A stretch of 64,000 bases of DNA, from the sequence record NC_061446.1; one strand, given 5' to 3'. The notes under the pieces are model-generated. The model made no database searches, was not told where the DNA came from, and saw only the letters and a program-made list of their open reading frames with translations. The translations under genes and the position numbers were made by a program. Below are positions 63,022-64,000 of the stretch, in pieces. Each line of letters begins with the position of its first letter. The first letter of the stretch is position 1.

Positions 63022-64000
63022 TACTCGCGCTCTGTCTCGCATCGGCAAGATGATCGATGCGGCACTCGACGTAAAAAATCAAGAGAAGCGCTGGCCAAAG
63101 AAACGCGTCAGTCCTTCAATGTTTCCTATCTGCGCGATTCAAGAAACTGCCAAACTGATTTACCAGAAGCACAACAAGTGCATGACAGGTGAGTCTGGTA
63201 CGTTGCTGAACATCTTTGCGAAAGCAGGGACAGGGATGCACGAATCGTTACAGAACGCACTGGGTCATAGTGGTCAGATGGTTGGCCACTGGAAATGTAC
63301 GAACGAAAAATGCCCTGAATACCCAAAGACCAAAGGTAAAATGGTTGACGGTAAATATAAGAAGGGCAAGTACACGCGAACTCGAAGCACGAACAATCGC
63401 TGTCCGACGTGTGATAAACCCATGGCTTATGCAGAACTAAAAGTCCTGTATAAGTCACTCAAGGGTTACGTCGATGGACTGATTGATAATCTTGATGGCA
63501 CGTATAGCCTGATCGATTTGAAATCGACTATGGTGACCAAAGCTGCTGACGGATCTTTCTTCGTTAAGTATCACCGCTTCCAGATCGCAACATACGCATA
63601 CCTGCTGAAAAAACGTTACGGCTACAACATCGTGGATTACACTCTGGTTTACGTGCCGCGCGACAACCCGAAGAAGTTTGTCGAAAAGACCTTTGTGTTT
63701 GACGAGGCAGAGTCTAAACGTGCCAAAGACTTTATGATGGAACAAATACGCGCATGGGATGCCGCGGTAAAATCGGCGCGCACTGGTGATCTGCTGCCAG
63801 CTATTAAACGAAAGCCGTGCAAGAGCGCTGAGTATTATTGGGACGAGTTCCACGGATATGACACATGCCCTTTTGTTGACTATTGCTTTATTCAATCACA
63901 CATGATTGACTTCATGAAGAAGTTAGAGCAGCGAATCATGGCCAACCCCGACCTAACTTATATGGAAATTGTAAGCACTGGTCGGAAAACTCAACAACAA
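62984..64000 (+). CDS. Cas4-like PD-(D/E)XK exonuclease, runs off the right edge (absent from the ORF track)
   Basis: Hand translation from ATG 62984 (GAGGA RBS): PSMFPIC, GTGMH, GYVDG, IDLKS, QIATY and C-terminal C...C..YC; open to 64000. Confidence 0.8.
   Translation, partial: MRTFANVPARVNDTRALSRIGKMIDAALDVKNQEKRWPKKRVSPSMFPICAIQETAKLIYQKHNKCMTGESGTLLNIFAKAGTGMHESLQNALGHSGQMVGHWKCTNEKCPEYPKTKGKMVDGKYKKGKYTRTRSTNNRCPTCDKPMAYAELKVLYKSLKGYVDGLIDNLDGTYSLIDLKSTMVTKAADGSFFVKYHRFQIATYAYLLKKRYGYNIVDYTLVYVPRDNPKKFVEKTFVFDEAESKRAKDFMMEQIRAWDAAVKSARTGDLLPAIKRKPCKSAEYYWDEFHGYDTCPFVDYCFIQSHMIDFMKKLEQRIMANPDLTYMEIVSTGRKTQQQ

Noticed and set aside
62984-64000. CRISPR-Cas locus suggested by the Cas4-like gene
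   Set aside because: No repeat-spacer array and no other cas genes seen in the window.
1-64000. tRNA, rRNA, IS/transposase or integrase genes
   Set aside because: No T-loop/CCA cloverleaf, rRNA-length non-coding tract, or DDE/tyrosine recombinase motif found by eye; a tRNAscan run would be needed to be certain.

Overview
This window looks like a 64 kb piece of a jumbo myovirus genome. It is densely coding, almost all on the minus strand, with plus-strand islands at 57206-61334 and 62686-64000. The gene set recalls the PaBG/phiRSL1/Erwinia Y3/Dickeya AD1 'hairy' jumbo phage group; that is inference from gene content, not a database match. Virion genes: tail sheath, three paralogous fibre genes, two Ig-repeat proteins and neck-like proteins. 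Replication/recombination genes: family A DNA polymerase with a UDG-like N-terminus, beta-clamp-like protein, DnaX-like loader, DnaG primase, UvsW-like helicase plus UvsY-like protein, SbcC and SbcD, RuvC-like and Cas4-like nucleases. Cell-wall genes: GH108, Tlde1-like and PG-binding proteins. I recognised no rRNA, tRNA, CRISPR array or IS element. Best leads: (1) a shared N-terminal S-x-S-(A/G/R/K) peptide on about 10 otherwise unrelated proteins (including a 1949-aa SNF2 helicase and an ADP-ribosyltransferase-like protein), a candidate capsid-targeting/maturation code for injected cargo; (2) a second, exonuclease-less family A/TV-Pol-like polymerase beside an AT-rich non-coding tract; (3) a ~330-nt highly structured intergenic RNA candidate; (4) two phage-specific promoter motifs (CTGTAAATA and (C/A)TAATTT) that split replication genes from virion genes. 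All family calls come from motifs read by eye; no searches were run.
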